A DNA stretch of 64,000 bases from Lachnoclostridium sp. UBA7097 (GTDB lineage Bacteria > Bacillota > Clostridia > Lachnospirales > Lachnospiraceae), in NCBI GenBank assembly GCA_002499945.1, contig DKYP01000100.1, forward strand, positions 5,384 through 69,383. The letters run 5' to 3'. Shown here piece by piece: positions 30,146 through 39,822 of the stretch. Made by a program: the position numbers and the translations under genes. Position 1 is the first letter of the stretch. The number at the start of each line of letters is the position of its first letter. The notes beneath the pieces were generated by a model, which was not told where the DNA came from, did no database searches, and worked only from the letters and a program-made list of their open reading frames with translations.

Positions 30146-31720
30146 ATGGCAGTAATAAAAATAAAGGGCAGTGTGGTTATGAAAAGAAAAAATAAAAAAA
30201 ATCAAGTGAATGATGAAGCAGCAACTATTGAAAGTACAAGTATCAGTCCAGGGTTTGGGCTTGGCGGGATGACATTAGATGGAAGGACAGGCAGGAAAAA
30301 GGGCGTTTTAAAGAAGTTCCTGGTTGTTCCTGCTGTTATTTGTGTACTTGGCATTATAGGATATCTGGCTGGTGTTGTATATTATAAGTCCCATTTTTTT
30401 AAAGGGACTAATGTATATGGCACAGATGTTTCGCAGATGGAAGTGGAGGATTTTGAAAAAGGGCTGGAAGATTATTCGCTTAAAATAATACAGAAGGATA
30501 CAGATGGCGGGATATTTGAAGAAGAATTATCAAGTGATGCACTTGGTGTAACTGTTTCTTCAACAGATGAACTTGTAAAGATTATAGGTGAGCAGAATGA
30601 ATGGATGTGGCCTGTGCAGCATAGTGCGGTTTATGCAGGGAGGCCAACATTTATAGGCTGTGATACAGATAAGATAAGGGAAGCAGTAAAATCTTTAACT
30701 AATATGCAGAAAGAAAATACTGTAAAATCCCAGAATGCGTATATTTCTGATTATAAAAATGGTGAAGGTTATAAAATTATAGATGAAGTTATAGGAAACA
30801 GGCTTGACGGGGATGCAGTTTTACAGGCAGTTGAAAGTGCAGTTAAAGGTCTTAAAACAGAGATAGACTGTGAAGAACTGGGTCTTTATAAAAAGCCGGC
30901 TGTTACTTCGGATGATAAAAAGCTTAATAAAGTCCTTGACAAACTTAATAAATATACAAGCACAAATATTAAATATGAATTTGGTGATAATACAGAAGTG
31001 CTTGATGGGGATACAATTAATAAGTGGCTTTCAGTTAAAAAAGGCAAAGTAAAGATTGATGAAGATGAAGTATCAGAATTTGTTGCATCTATCAGGAAGA
31101 AGTATGATACAATTTTCCGTTCACGCAAGTTTAAAACAAGCTATGGACAAACAATTACAATAACAGGGGGGGACTATGGCTGGTGGACAAACACACCACA
31201 GGAGATAAAGGAACTTACAAAGCTTATTAAAAAGGGTGAACAGGGAAAAAGGACTCCTTGTTATTACCAGACAGCTGATAAATATGGAAAGCGTGATTAT
31301 GGTGATACTTATGTAGAGGTAAACCTTACAGCACAGCATGTTATTTTATATAAAAATGGTGAAATGGTACTTGAAACAGATTGTGTTACAGGAAACAGCG
31401 CACGTGGCTTTGATACACCAGCAGGGGTATATGGCATTACATATAAGCAGCGTGATGCTACATTGAATGGGGAAAATTATTCCACGCCTGTAAATTACTG
31501 GATGCCATTTAATAAAAATATAGGTCTGCATGACGCAGGCTGGAGAAGTTCATTTGGCGGTGAATTATATAAGACAAGTGGTTCACATGGCTGTGTAAAC
31601 CTTCCGCCAGAAGCTGCCAGAAAGATATATGATGTAGTAGAAGCAGGAACACCGGTAATATGTTATAACCTGCCTGGAAGCCAAGGCGGGAATATAGCAA
31701 AAGCATCAAATAATAATTGA
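30146..31720 (+). CDS. L,D-transpeptidase (YkuD domain) with an N-terminal membrane anchor
   Basis: The C-terminal GLHDAGWRSSFGG..YKTSGSHGCVNLP matches the YkuD catalytic His/Cys motif, and there is a TM helix near aa 55-80. The alternative start ATG 30179 is equally plausible. Confidence 0.85.
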   Translation: MAVIKIKGSVVMKRKNKKNQVNDEAATIESTSISPGFGLGGMTLDGRTGRKKGVLKKFLVVPAVICVLGIIGYLAGVVYYKSHFFKGTNVYGTDVSQMEVEDFEKGLEDYSLKIIQKDTDGGIFEEELSSDALGVTVSSTDELVKIIGEQNEWMWPVQHSAVYAGRPTFIGCDTDKIREAVKSLTNMQKENTVKSQNAYISDYKNGEGYKIIDEVIGNRLDGDAVLQAVESAVKGLKTEIDCEELGLYKKPAVTSDDKKLNKVLDKLNKYTSTNIKYEFGDNTEVLDGDTINKWLSVKKGKVKIDEDEVSEFVASIRKKYDTIFRSRKFKTSYGQTITITGGDYGWWTNTPQEIKELTKLIKKGEQGKRTPCYYQTADKYGKRDYGDTYVEVNLTAQHVILYKNGEMVLETDCVTGNSARGFDTPAGVYGITYKQRDATLNGENYSTPVNYWMPFNKNIGLHDAGWRSSFGGELYKTSGSHGCVNLPPEAARKIYDVVEAGTPVICYNLPGSQGGNIAKASNNN

Positions 31721-31732
31721 TAACACATAATT

Positions 31733-31771
31733 AAAAAACATGGCATACAGTTAATGTATGCCATGTTTTTT
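31733..31771. terminator. bidirectional rho-independent terminator
   Basis: AAAAAA-CATGGCATAC (31739-31748), loop, GTATGCCATG (31756-31765)-TTTTTT, located between convergent genes. Confidence 0.8.
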
Positions 31772-31786
31772 GTACAGGCTGCATAA

Positions 31787-33709
31787 TTATAGCGTATCTG
31801 ACAGTGCTTCCCATTGTTCCATAAGCTCTTCAAGCCTGTTCCCGTTAGCTTCATGTTCTTTGGAAAGTTCCTGTAATAATTGTATATTTGTACCATTAGC
31901 CGGGTCTTGCAGCTGTGAATCAATTTCTGCATTACGTGTTTCAAGCTGCTCTATTTCTGCTTCCGTTTTTTTCAGTTCATTTTCTATTTTCCTAAGCCTT
32001 GCCTGTTCTTCTTTCTGCTGCTGCCAGTTTAGTTTATTGCCAAGGGCTTCTTTAGCTGTGTTTTTGCTGTTGTCTTGTAAAGCTGTGCCAAGCTGTGCCC
32101 TTTCAGCATCCTCTTTTTTCTCAAGGTAATAATCATAATTTCCAGGATAGTTTACTATTTGTTTCTGTGTAAGGTTTAGTATCCTTGATGCAGTTGTATT
32201 TATAAAATACCTGTCATGTGATACATATAAAACAGTACCCTCAAAGTTATTAACTGCATGTTCCAGTATTTCCTTGGAATCAATATCAAGGTGGTTGGTA
32301 GGCTCGTCAAGCAGCAGGAAATTGGCATCTGAAAGCATAAGTTTTGCAAGTGATACACGTCCCCTTTCGCCGCCGCTTAAGTTTTTAACCTGCTTGAATA
32401 CATCATCATTTGTAAAAAGAAAAGCTGCCAGTACATTGCGTACCTGTGTATTATTCATATCAGGGTATGTATCCTGTATCTCTTCAAATAATGTCTTTTC
32501 AGGGTGGAGTACCTGGTGCTCTTGGTCATAATATGCTACCTGCACATTAGTGCCAAACTTTACCTGCCCGCCAGAACTGGCTGCTCCCATAAGGATTTTA
32601 AGTATAGTGGTTTTGCCTGTGCCATTGTCACCAATTATTGCAACATGTTCACCTTTTTTTATATCAAAACTGATATCTGAAAAAAGTTCATGTGCCCCAT
32701 AACTTTTGGAAAGCCCCTTTACTGAAAGCACATCATTACCACTTTGTATGCGTGGTTTAAAAAGCAAATTCATTTTAGTGTTTTCTTCCACAGGTTTGTC
32801 TATACGCTCTATTTTATCAAGCATTTTTTCACGGCTCTCAGCCCTTTTAATTGACTTTTCCCTGTTAAATGATTTAAGCTTTGCAATAACTTCTTCCTGG
32901 TGCTTTATTTCTGCCTGCTGGTTAAGGTACTGTTTCATAAGTGCATCAAGCGCAGCCTGTTTTTTCTTAGAATATTCTGTATAATTTCCCTGGAATACAC
33001 TGCATTTTGTCTGCCTTAGTTCAATTACCTTGGCCGCAATTTTATCAAGGAAATACCTGTCATGTGCCACAACAAGCACAGCCCCTTTATAGTTTGCAAG
33101 ATATCCTTCAAGCCACTGTATTGAATTCATGTCAAGGTGGTTGGCAGGTTCGTCAAGAATAATAAGGTCCGGATTTTTAAGAAGCATCATTGCAAGGGCA
33201 ACCCTTGTCTTTTCACCACCAGAAAGCGACCTTACAGGCTGGCAGTAATCTTCTTCATTAAACCCGAGCCCCTTTAAAACACCTGTAATTTCACTTTCAT
33301 ATGAATAACCGCCAAGCTGTTCAAAGCGGTGCCTTGCCTGGTCATATTGCTTAATAAGCGGTTCAATACCTGTGCTGTCTGCATTGTCCATCTGTACTGA
33401 TAAATCATCAAGCCGCCTGGCAAGCTCTGCAACTTCAGGCCTTGCATTATGCATCTCATCTAAAATGCTTTTGCCAGAATCATATTCCTGGTTCTGTGCA
33501 AAATACCCTATGGAAATATCTTTACGGATAATAACTTCACCACTGTCCGCTTCCAGTTCATTCATAATAATTTTTATAAGAGTGGATTTGCCAGAGCCAT
33601 TTATTCCTACTATTGCTGCTTTTTCATTATCATTTATATGGAAAGACACATCGTTTAAAATAATATCTGTTAAAAAAGTCTTGGTAATATGGCTGCATTG
33701 TAAAATCAT
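31787..33709 (-). CDS. ABC-F family ATPase (Uup/YfmR-like, two NBDs plus a C-terminal coiled coil)
   Basis: Two Walker A motifs (GINGSGKST, GDNGTGKTT), two LSGGE signatures and an E/K-rich C-terminal tail. ATG 33709 (MILQCSHITK) is preferred; the track's 54-codon upstream extension runs into the divergent gene. Confidence 0.9.
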   Translation of the reverse strand: MILQCSHITKTFLTDIILNDVSFHINDNEKAAIVGINGSGKSTLIKIIMNELEADSGEVIIRKDISIGYFAQNQEYDSGKSILDEMHNARPEVAELARRLDDLSVQMDNADSTGIEPLIKQYDQARHRFEQLGGYSYESEITGVLKGLGFNEEDYCQPVRSLSGGEKTRVALAMMLLKNPDLIILDEPANHLDMNSIQWLEGYLANYKGAVLVVAHDRYFLDKIAAKVIELRQTKCSVFQGNYTEYSKKKQAALDALMKQYLNQQAEIKHQEEVIAKLKSFNREKSIKRAESREKMLDKIERIDKPVEENTKMNLLFKPRIQSGNDVLSVKGLSKSYGAHELFSDISFDIKKGEHVAIIGDNGTGKTTILKILMGAASSGGQVKFGTNVQVAYYDQEHQVLHPEKTLFEEIQDTYPDMNNTQVRNVLAAFLFTNDDVFKQVKNLSGGERGRVSLAKLMLSDANFLLLDEPTNHLDIDSKEILEHAVNNFEGTVLYVSHDRYFINTTASRILNLTQKQIVNYPGNYDYYLEKKEDAERAQLGTALQDNSKNTAKEALGNKLNWQQQKEEQARLRKIENELKKTEAEIEQLETRNAEIDSQLQDPANGTNIQLLQELSKEHEANGNRLEELMEQWEALSDTL

Positions 33710-33890
33710 ATAATTCCCCGTTTCTAAATAAAAATTTTTAAATAATTCATTATTATAAACTAATATACGGAAAAAGGCAAATTTCCAGCCAAAAAACAAA
33801 ATATTGTAAATCTGGTAGAAATATAAATATGGCTGTGGTATTATATTAGCAGTATAAACCAGAATGGGCAAATGGAAGAGGAGGTTATTT

Positions 33891-34763
33891 ATGCGTAGTG
33901 AAACAGAGATGTATAATTTAATTATGGATATTGCAAATAAAGATAACAGGATTTTAGCGGTATATATGAATGGTTCAAGGACAAATAAAAATGTACATAA
34001 GGATATTTTCCAGGATTATGATATTGTATTTGTAGTAAAAGAAACAAAAAGTTTTATTGAAGATAAAGAATGGATTTACAATTTTGGAAATATTTTATAT
34101 ATGCAGTATCCAGAAGAAAGCCCATATTATCCAAATGATATAGAAAATTGTTATGGCTGGTTAATGCAGTTTGATGATGGAAACAGGATTGACCTCCATG
34201 TGGAAATAATCCCACATGCTAAAGATAATATTTTAAATGATAAGCTTTGCAAAATTTTACTGGATAAGGAAAACATCCTGCCAGAGATACCAGAAGCAAC
34301 AGATGAAGATTACCATGTAAGAAAACCATCAGAAGCACAGTTCCTGGCATGTGCAAATGATTTCTGGTGGTGTACTAACAACCTGGCAAAAGGGTTATGG
34401 CGCCAGGAAATGCCATATGTACAGGATATGGCAAATTTTGTTGTACGCAAGCAGCTAGAAAGAATGTTGGCATGGAAAGCAGGAATAAAAACAGACTTTA
34501 GTGCCAGTGTTGGAAAATCTGCAAAGTATCTTTATAAATGGATTGGACAGGAAGAATACCAAAAGTATTTAGATACATACTTTGGAGGGAATATAAACGA
34601 AGCATGGAAAGCAATTTTTTCTATGTGTGGTTTATTTAATTCTGTGGCGGAATTTGTAGCCGGGGAATTAGGATATACTTACAATAAAAAAGAAGCAAAA
34701 GCAGCAGAAGAATTTTTAAAACACGTAAAAAACCTGCCACAAGATGCAAAAGAAGTTTACTAA
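33891..34763 (+). CDS. aminoglycoside 6-nucleotidyltransferase family protein (ANT(6)/AadK/AadE-like)
   Basis: MRSETEMYNLIMDIA...ILAVYMNGSRTNKNVHKDIFQDYDIVFVV is close to the ANT(6) N-terminus as I recall it. GAGGAGG lies upstream of ATG 33891. Confidence 0.8.
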   Translation: MRSETEMYNLIMDIANKDNRILAVYMNGSRTNKNVHKDIFQDYDIVFVVKETKSFIEDKEWIYNFGNILYMQYPEESPYYPNDIENCYGWLMQFDDGNRIDLHVEIIPHAKDNILNDKLCKILLDKENILPEIPEATDEDYHVRKPSEAQFLACANDFWWCTNNLAKGLWRQEMPYVQDMANFVVRKQLERMLAWKAGIKTDFSASVGKSAKYLYKWIGQEEYQKYLDTYFGGNINEAWKAIFSMCGLFNSVAEFVAGELGYTYNKKEAKAAEEFLKHVKNLPQDAKEVY

Positions 34764-34793
34764 ACAATAGAATCAGGTATTTATTCAAAAAAA

Positions 34794-34825
34794 CCTCTGG
34801 GATTTAAGTTCCAGAGGGCTTTTTT
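34794..34825. terminator. bidirectional terminator
   Basis: A-run, CCTCTGG (34794-34800), loop, CCAGAGG (34811-34817), then a T-run, between convergent genes. Confidence 0.7.
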
Positions 34826-35384
34826 AATCGTATAGTAAATTGGCAATATCAGGGAAATTAATATATAAATCATCATAAATATTAACCTTTATTTTGTCAC
34901 GGAAAGTATGAGCAACTGTCCTGAATTTATCTTCTTCAAGGTAATATACAAATACTGCCTGTTCTAACGGGTCAACAATCCAGTATTCACGCACTCCTGC
35001 ATCTGCATACAAGTTAAGCTTGCGTATATAGTCATGGCTTGCAGTTCCTGGTGATATAATTTCAATAATCCAGTCTGGTGCACCTGTACAGCCACGGTCA
35101 GTTAGTTTGCTATTGTCACATATAACACTTATATCTGGTTCTACTATTGTTGTTCTGTCCCCAAATAGTTTGACAGCAAATGGGGCAGGATAAATCTGGC
35201 ATGAACCGCCTTTTGATTTTATATATTGTCCAATAGTAATATGCAATTCGGATAATATTTTCTGATGTACCCTGCTTGGTGCTGCCTGGTAATAAATTCT
35301 TCCGTCAATTATTTCCGCTCTGGTATCTTCAGGTATGTTGTAATAGTCTTCTTCAGAGTAAAATTCCTGCATGGGTAATGCCAT
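34824..35384 (-). CDS. Uma2-family (DUF820) PD-(D/E)xK-fold endonuclease
   Basis: EIIDGRIYY, VEPDISVIC, APDWIIEIISPGTASHD, GVREYWIVDP. ATG 35384 (MALPMQEF) is preferred. Confidence 0.85.
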   Translation of the reverse strand: MALPMQEFYSEEDYYNIPEDTRAEIIDGRIYYQAAPSRVHQKILSELHITIGQYIKSKGGSCQIYPAPFAVKLFGDRTTIVEPDISVICDNSKLTDRGCTGAPDWIIEIISPGTASHDYIRKLNLYADAGVREYWIVDPLEQAVFVYYLEEDKFRTVAHTFRDKIKVNIYDDLYINFPDIANLLYD

Positions 35385-35715
35385 AATAACACTTCCTTTC
35401 ATTTTTTTTATTGTAATGTTATTATTATACACTATTAAATAAGTATTTGCAATTTATAAAGTGTAACTTAAGTTTCCCGTTTTTTTGTTGCAAAGAAGTA
35501 TTGTGTTTCTATAAAAGGTACTTCTGTATTTAATGCAGGGGTATCTTTTTTAATTTCCTGATGCAGTAAAAATGGAAGTAGCAATTTATGTTTATTCTTT
35601 GCTGGCAGCAATACACAGGTTTTCAAATGGCAGTTTGCCAGGCACTGGCATGAAAACCGTCCATTCCTACAAAGATATATAAAAAACCTAGTTTGATATT
35701 TTTAGCAAAAAATAC

Positions 35716-35798
35716 TTGCTAAATTCACTTGAAAGTTATATTATAATTGGTAAGTGGATGAAAGTGGGGAAAAAGACATACCAGGTGGCTGGAAGTGG
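35716..35798 (+). promoter_or_regulatory. putative mraZ promoter plus AAGTGG direct repeats (candidate MraZ boxes)
   Basis: TTGCTA (35716-35721), 17-nt spacer, TATTAT (35739-35744). AAGTGG occurs at 35752-35757 and 35762-35767 (10-nt phasing), and again at 35793-35798. Confidence 0.35.
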
Positions 35799-35809
35799 GG
35801 GTGTATGCC

Positions 35810-36238
35810 ATGTTTATGGGACAATACGGGCATACTATTGATGCAAAGGGAAGAACCGTTGTTCCTGTCCAGTACCGCCAGAGCCTTGGGGATACTTTTG
35901 TTATTACACGTGGGCTTGATGGATGTCTTTTTCTTTATCCGTTACAGGAGTGGCAGGTTTTTGTGGACAAGCTGCAGGCGCTGCCTTCGGACCAGAAGAC
36001 AAGGAAGCTGCAGCGGCAGTTCCTTTCTAAAGCTATGGAGGTAACACCTGACAAGCAGGGAAGGATACTAATTCCTTCTTTATTACGTGATAAAGCAGGA
36101 CTTGTGAAGGATATAGTTTTTGTAGGCATGATGAACCGTATTGAAATCTGGGACAAGGCAAGGCTTGAAGCGGAGGAAGATGAAGAAGATGGTTCTTTGC
36201 TTGAAATGGTAATGGATGGGCTTGATATTTCTATATAA
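35810..36238 (+). CDS. mraZ: transcriptional regulator MraZ
   Basis: MFMGQYGHTIDAKGR start and two SpoVT/AbrB-like halves (DKQGRILIP). Confidence 0.95.
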   Translation: MFMGQYGHTIDAKGRTVVPVQYRQSLGDTFVITRGLDGCLFLYPLQEWQVFVDKLQALPSDQKTRKLQRQFLSKAMEVTPDKQGRILIPSLLRDKAGLVKDIVFVGMMNRIEIWDKARLEAEEDEEDGSLLEMVMDGLDISI

Positions 36239-36313
36239 TATATATTTTAAAATATATTTTTTAAAATACAAAGTAAAATAATTGCTAGTTACAGCATTGA
36301 CCAGGAGGCTGCT

Positions 36314-37249
36314 ATGGAATTTGTACATAAGCCGGTTATGCCTGAAGAAGTCCTTAACGGGCTGGCAGTAAAGCAGGATGGTATTTATGCAGATGGTACA
36401 ATGGGCGGGGCAGGGCATGGTTACATGATATGTAAAAGGCTTGGTGCCTCTGGCTGTTATATAGGCATGGACCAGGATGCGGATGCTGTAAAGGCAGGCA
36501 CAAAAAGGCTGCAGGAGTTTGGCAGCAAGGTAACAATTATAAGGGAGAATTACTCTGATATGGTACCAGCCCTTAATGGGATGGGTATTGGAAAGGTTGA
36601 TGGCATACTTCTTGACTTAGGGGTTTCATCATTCCAGCTTGACACAGCAGAAAGAGGTTTTTCATACCGTATGGATGCACCGCTTGATATGCGCATGGAT
36701 AACAGGCAGGAGCTTACAGCTGCTGATATTGTCAATACGTACCCTGAAAACAGGCTGTTTCATATAATAAAGGATTATGGTGAGGACAAGTTCGCTAAAA
36801 ATATTGCAAAGCATATAGTGGCAGAACGTGCAAAAGCACCAATCCTTACAACAGGGAGGCTGGCAGAGATTGCAGGCCAGTCTGTACCAATGAAGTTTAA
36901 AAAGCGGGGCGGGAATCCTGCTAAAAGAACTTTCCAGGCAATCAGGATAGAAGTGAACCATGAACTGGATGTGCTTTCAGGAAGCATTAATGGCATGGTT
37001 GACATTTTAAAGCCTGGCGGAAGATTTTGCATAATTACATTCCATTCACTTGAAGACAGAATTGTAAAACAGGCTTTCCGCAAAGCAGAAAACCCATGTA
37101 CATGCCCTCCGGATTTTCCAGTGTGTGTGTGCGGGAATGTTTCTAAAGGCAAAGTAATAACCAAAAAGCCGGTTATTCCAAGTGGACAGGAGATGGAACA
37201 GAACCCTCGTTCCAAAAGCGCAAAGTTAAGAATTTTCAGACATAATTAG
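36314..37249 (+). CDS. rsmH: 16S rRNA (cytosine1402-N4)-methyltransferase
   Basis: [40 protein letters not shown]. Confidence 0.95.
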   Translation: MEFVHKPVMPEEVLNGLAVKQDGIYADGTMGGAGHGYMICKRLGASGCYIGMDQDADAVKAGTKRLQEFGSKVTIIRENYSDMVPALNGMGIGKVDGILLDLGVSSFQLDTAERGFSYRMDAPLDMRMDNRQELTAADIVNTYPENRLFHIIKDYGEDKFAKNIAKHIVAERAKAPILTTGRLAEIAGQSVPMKFKKRGGNPAKRTFQAIRIEVNHELDVLSGSINGMVDILKPGGRFCIITFHSLEDRIVKQAFRKAENPCTCPPDFPVCVCGNVSKGKVITKKPVIPSGQEMEQNPRSKSAKLRIFRHN

Positions 37250-37262
37250 AGGAGGGATTTAT

Positions 37263-37784
37263 ATGGCTGATATACCAGACCGGCGGGTGGGAAAACAATA
37301 CAGGCAGAATACACATGCCAGGAATACAAGAAGTTATTATGATGGCATTGATGGAAATACAGTAAGGCAGTTAAATGCTGTTCCTAAGAGAAGGGAACGG
37401 GAAGTACCAGGGCAAAGGCCACACAGGCGTCCGGAAAGGCAGCCGGCAAGTATGCCAGGGATTGACTGGGCATCATTTGTATTTATGTTTTGTGCTTTAT
37501 GTGTTGTGATGTTTGTTGCATTTGCATATATCCATACACAGAACCAGGTACGCAGCATGAAGAAGGAAGTTGTGTCAATGCGGGCAGAGGTTGAAGAACA
37601 GCAGGAGAAAAATAGTATAAAATACAATGAAATTATTGCAAGTACAGACCTTGCTGAGATATATAAGCGCGCAACGGAGAAACTCCATATGGTTATGGCT
37701 GATGGCAATAAGGTATATAAATATAAGAATAAGAAGAGCGATATGGTAAAACAGTACGCAGATGTGCCCGGTTCAGGGGATTAA
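37263..37784 (+). CDS. FtsL-like cell-division membrane protein
   Basis: Assigned by position after rsmH. It has a single TM helix (FVFMFCALCVVMFVAFAYI) followed by a short coiled coil, and a basic N-terminal extension. Confidence 0.55.
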   Translation: MADIPDRRVGKQYRQNTHARNTRSYYDGIDGNTVRQLNAVPKRREREVPGQRPHRRPERQPASMPGIDWASFVFMFCALCVVMFVAFAYIHTQNQVRSMKKEVVSMRAEVEEQQEKNSIKYNEIIASTDLAEIYKRATEKLHMVMADGNKVYKYKNKKSDMVKQYADVPGSGD

Positions 37785-37795
37785 GAAGGAATTTT

Positions 37796-39739
37796 ATGGC
37801 AAGGAAAGCATCAGATACAAGAGGAAATGTACGTGTAGCAAGAAAGTTTATGTATGCAAGGCTTTTATTTATATTTGCAATGGTATTAATAGCATTTATT
37901 GTGCTTATGGTACGTATTGTTTACCTTAGCAAAAATAAAGGCGATGCATATGAGAAGAAGGTACTTGCACAGCAGAGTTATGTAAGCAATGTGGTACAAT
38001 ATAAGAGGGGGGACATTACAGACAGGAACGGCAATAAGCTTGCAACAAGCATTAAGGTTTATAACCTTATAATAGACCCTAAGCTGCTCCTGTCTGATGA
38101 AGAGTTTCTTGAGCCTACCCTGGGTGCGTTAAATAAGGCATTTGGGATACCAGCCCGTAAAATTAAGAGAATCCTTAAGAAAAATCCTTCATCACAGTAT
38201 TATGTAATGAAGAAATTCAAACACCTTGGCGCAGGCAGTGTGGAAGAGTTTGAGAAACTCCAGGAGAAGGATAAAAAGCACATAAAAGGAGTATGGTTTG
38301 AAGAAGAATATGTAAGGAATTACCCGTATTCAACAGTTGCATGTGATGTAATTGGTTTCTGTAATTCCAATGAAGATGGTGCATGGGGCATAGAGAGGGA
38401 ATATAATTCTTCATTAAATGGTTCTTATGGCAGAAGTTACGGATATTTTGATTCAGGGCTTAACCTTGTACAGACTATTAAACCGGCTGTTAATGGCAAT
38501 ACAGTAGTATCTACAATAGATGTTAATATACAGGGGATACTTGAACAGCATATGGAGAAGTTTGAGAAGAATACAGGTTCTGAGAATATGGGCTGTATTA
38601 TAATGAACCCAAATAATGGTGAAATATATGCAATGGCATCATACCCGTTTTATAATTTAAATGACCCAAGGGATTTGTCAGATTTTTATTCTGAGAACCA
38701 GCTTGAAAAGATGAGTGAAGAGAAGAAGCTTGAAAAGCTTAATGCACTCTGGAGGAACTACTGCATAAGTGATTCATATGAGCCGGGGTCTACATTAAAG
38801 CCGCTTACTGTGGCGGCAGCATTAGATGAGGGTGTTGCTTCTGATGGCAGTTATTACAGGTGTGACGGCGGGCAGCAGGTGGCTGACAGGTATATTAGGT
38901 GTGTTGCATATGCAAAAGGAGGCCATGGGTATACAAGTATATGCCAGGCGCTTAAATGGTCATGCAATGATGTGCTTATGGCTCTTGGAAAGGGGCTTGG
39001 CAAGACAAAGTTTTTAGATTATATTAATAATTTTGGTTTGGGCAGGAAAACAGGGATAGACCTTCCTGGCGAGGCTTCAGGCGCAGTATTTACTGAAAAT
39101 ACAATGGGGCCTGTACAGCTTGCAACTTCAAGTTTCGGGCAGAGCCAGACTGTTACAATGATACAGATGGCAGCGGCATTTTCTGCAATAGTGAATGGCG
39201 GTACATATTACCAGCCACATGTGGTTAAGGAAATTAATACAGAGGCAGGTGCGGTTGTTTCTTCTAATGATAATATGCTTGTAAGGCGTGTTATAACAGA
39301 GGAAACAAGTAAGACTCTTAGAAACTATTTATATAAGACAGTTTCAGATGAAGATGGCACGGCAAGCCCTGCAAGGGTTAAAGGATATGAAATAGGGGGC
39401 AAGACTGGTACTGCTGAGAAACAGCCAAGGGGGAAAGGCAATTACCTTCTTTCATTTATTGGCTGCACACCAGCTGACAAGCCCGAAGTAGTAATTTATG
39501 TAATTGTAGATGAGCCCCATGTTGAAGACCAGCCACACAGTATTTATGCAACGGAATTTGCAAGTGATGTAATGAAGGATGTGCTTCCGTTCCTTGGCTT
39601 GTATCCGGACAAAAGTGTTAAAAAGTCTAAGAAAAACCAGGCTTTAAAGATAAAATTACCATCAACTAAGGATGGCAGGCTTATTGAAGCACCAGAGGGC
39701 GGCTTTTCTAATAAAGATTATGGTGTGGCAGGGCAGTGA
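37796..39739 (+). CDS. class B penicillin-binding protein (FtsI/PBP2B/SpoVD family)
   Basis: N-terminal TM helix, with SxxK (GSTLKP), SCN (WSCND) and KTGT (GKTGTAE) motifs. Confidence 0.9.
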   Translation: MARKASDTRGNVRVARKFMYARLLFIFAMVLIAFIVLMVRIVYLSKNKGDAYEKKVLAQQSYVSNVVQYKRGDITDRNGNKLATSIKVYNLIIDPKLLLSDEEFLEPTLGALNKAFGIPARKIKRILKKNPSSQYYVMKKFKHLGAGSVEEFEKLQEKDKKHIKGVWFEEEYVRNYPYSTVACDVIGFCNSNEDGAWGIEREYNSSLNGSYGRSYGYFDSGLNLVQTIKPAVNGNTVVSTIDVNIQGILEQHMEKFEKNTGSENMGCIIMNPNNGEIYAMASYPFYNLNDPRDLSDFYSENQLEKMSEEKKLEKLNALWRNYCISDSYEPGSTLKPLTVAAALDEGVASDGSYYRCDGGQQVADRYIRCVAYAKGGHGYTSICQALKWSCNDVLMALGKGLGKTKFLDYINNFGLGRKTGIDLPGEASGAVFTENTMGPVQLATSSFGQSQTVTMIQMAAAFSAIVNGGTYYQPHVVKEINTEAGAVVSSNDNMLVRRVITEETSKTLRNYLYKTVSDEDGTASPARVKGYEIGGKTGTAEKQPRGKGNYLLSFIGCTPADKPEVVIYVIVDEPHVEDQPHSIYATEFASDVMKDVLPFLGLYPDKSVKKSKKNQALKIKLPSTKDGRLIEAPEGGFSNKDYGVAGQ

Positions 39740-39822
39740 TGCAGGAGGCAGGCACTGGCAGGAATATTTTTCATAAATACTAATAAGCTATAGTAATAAA
39801 TTTTATATATGGCAGATTATTT

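Noticed and set aside
31787-33709. Calling the ABC-F protein an antibiotic-resistance (ARE) factor.
   Set aside because: Its length and the C-terminal coiled coil look like Uup/YfmR housekeeping ABC-Fs. Without a phylogeny or inter-domain linker comparison, the ARE call is unsupported.
33710-33871. 54-codon N-terminal extension of the ABC-F ORF in the track.
   Set aside because: The extension is hydrophobic, AT-rich-encoded nonsense. It overlaps the divergent ANT(6)-like gene's start region, whereas the internal ATG 33709 has an RBS and gives the canonical ABC-F N-terminus. I could not exclude a short regulatory leader peptide in this region.
35572-35721. 49-codon plus-strand ORF in the long non-coding gap upstream of mraZ.
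   Set aside because: It has no Shine-Dalgarno sequence and no recognisable motif, and it runs into the putative mraZ promoter. I could not recognise a riboswitch or sRNA fold in 35436-35715 either.
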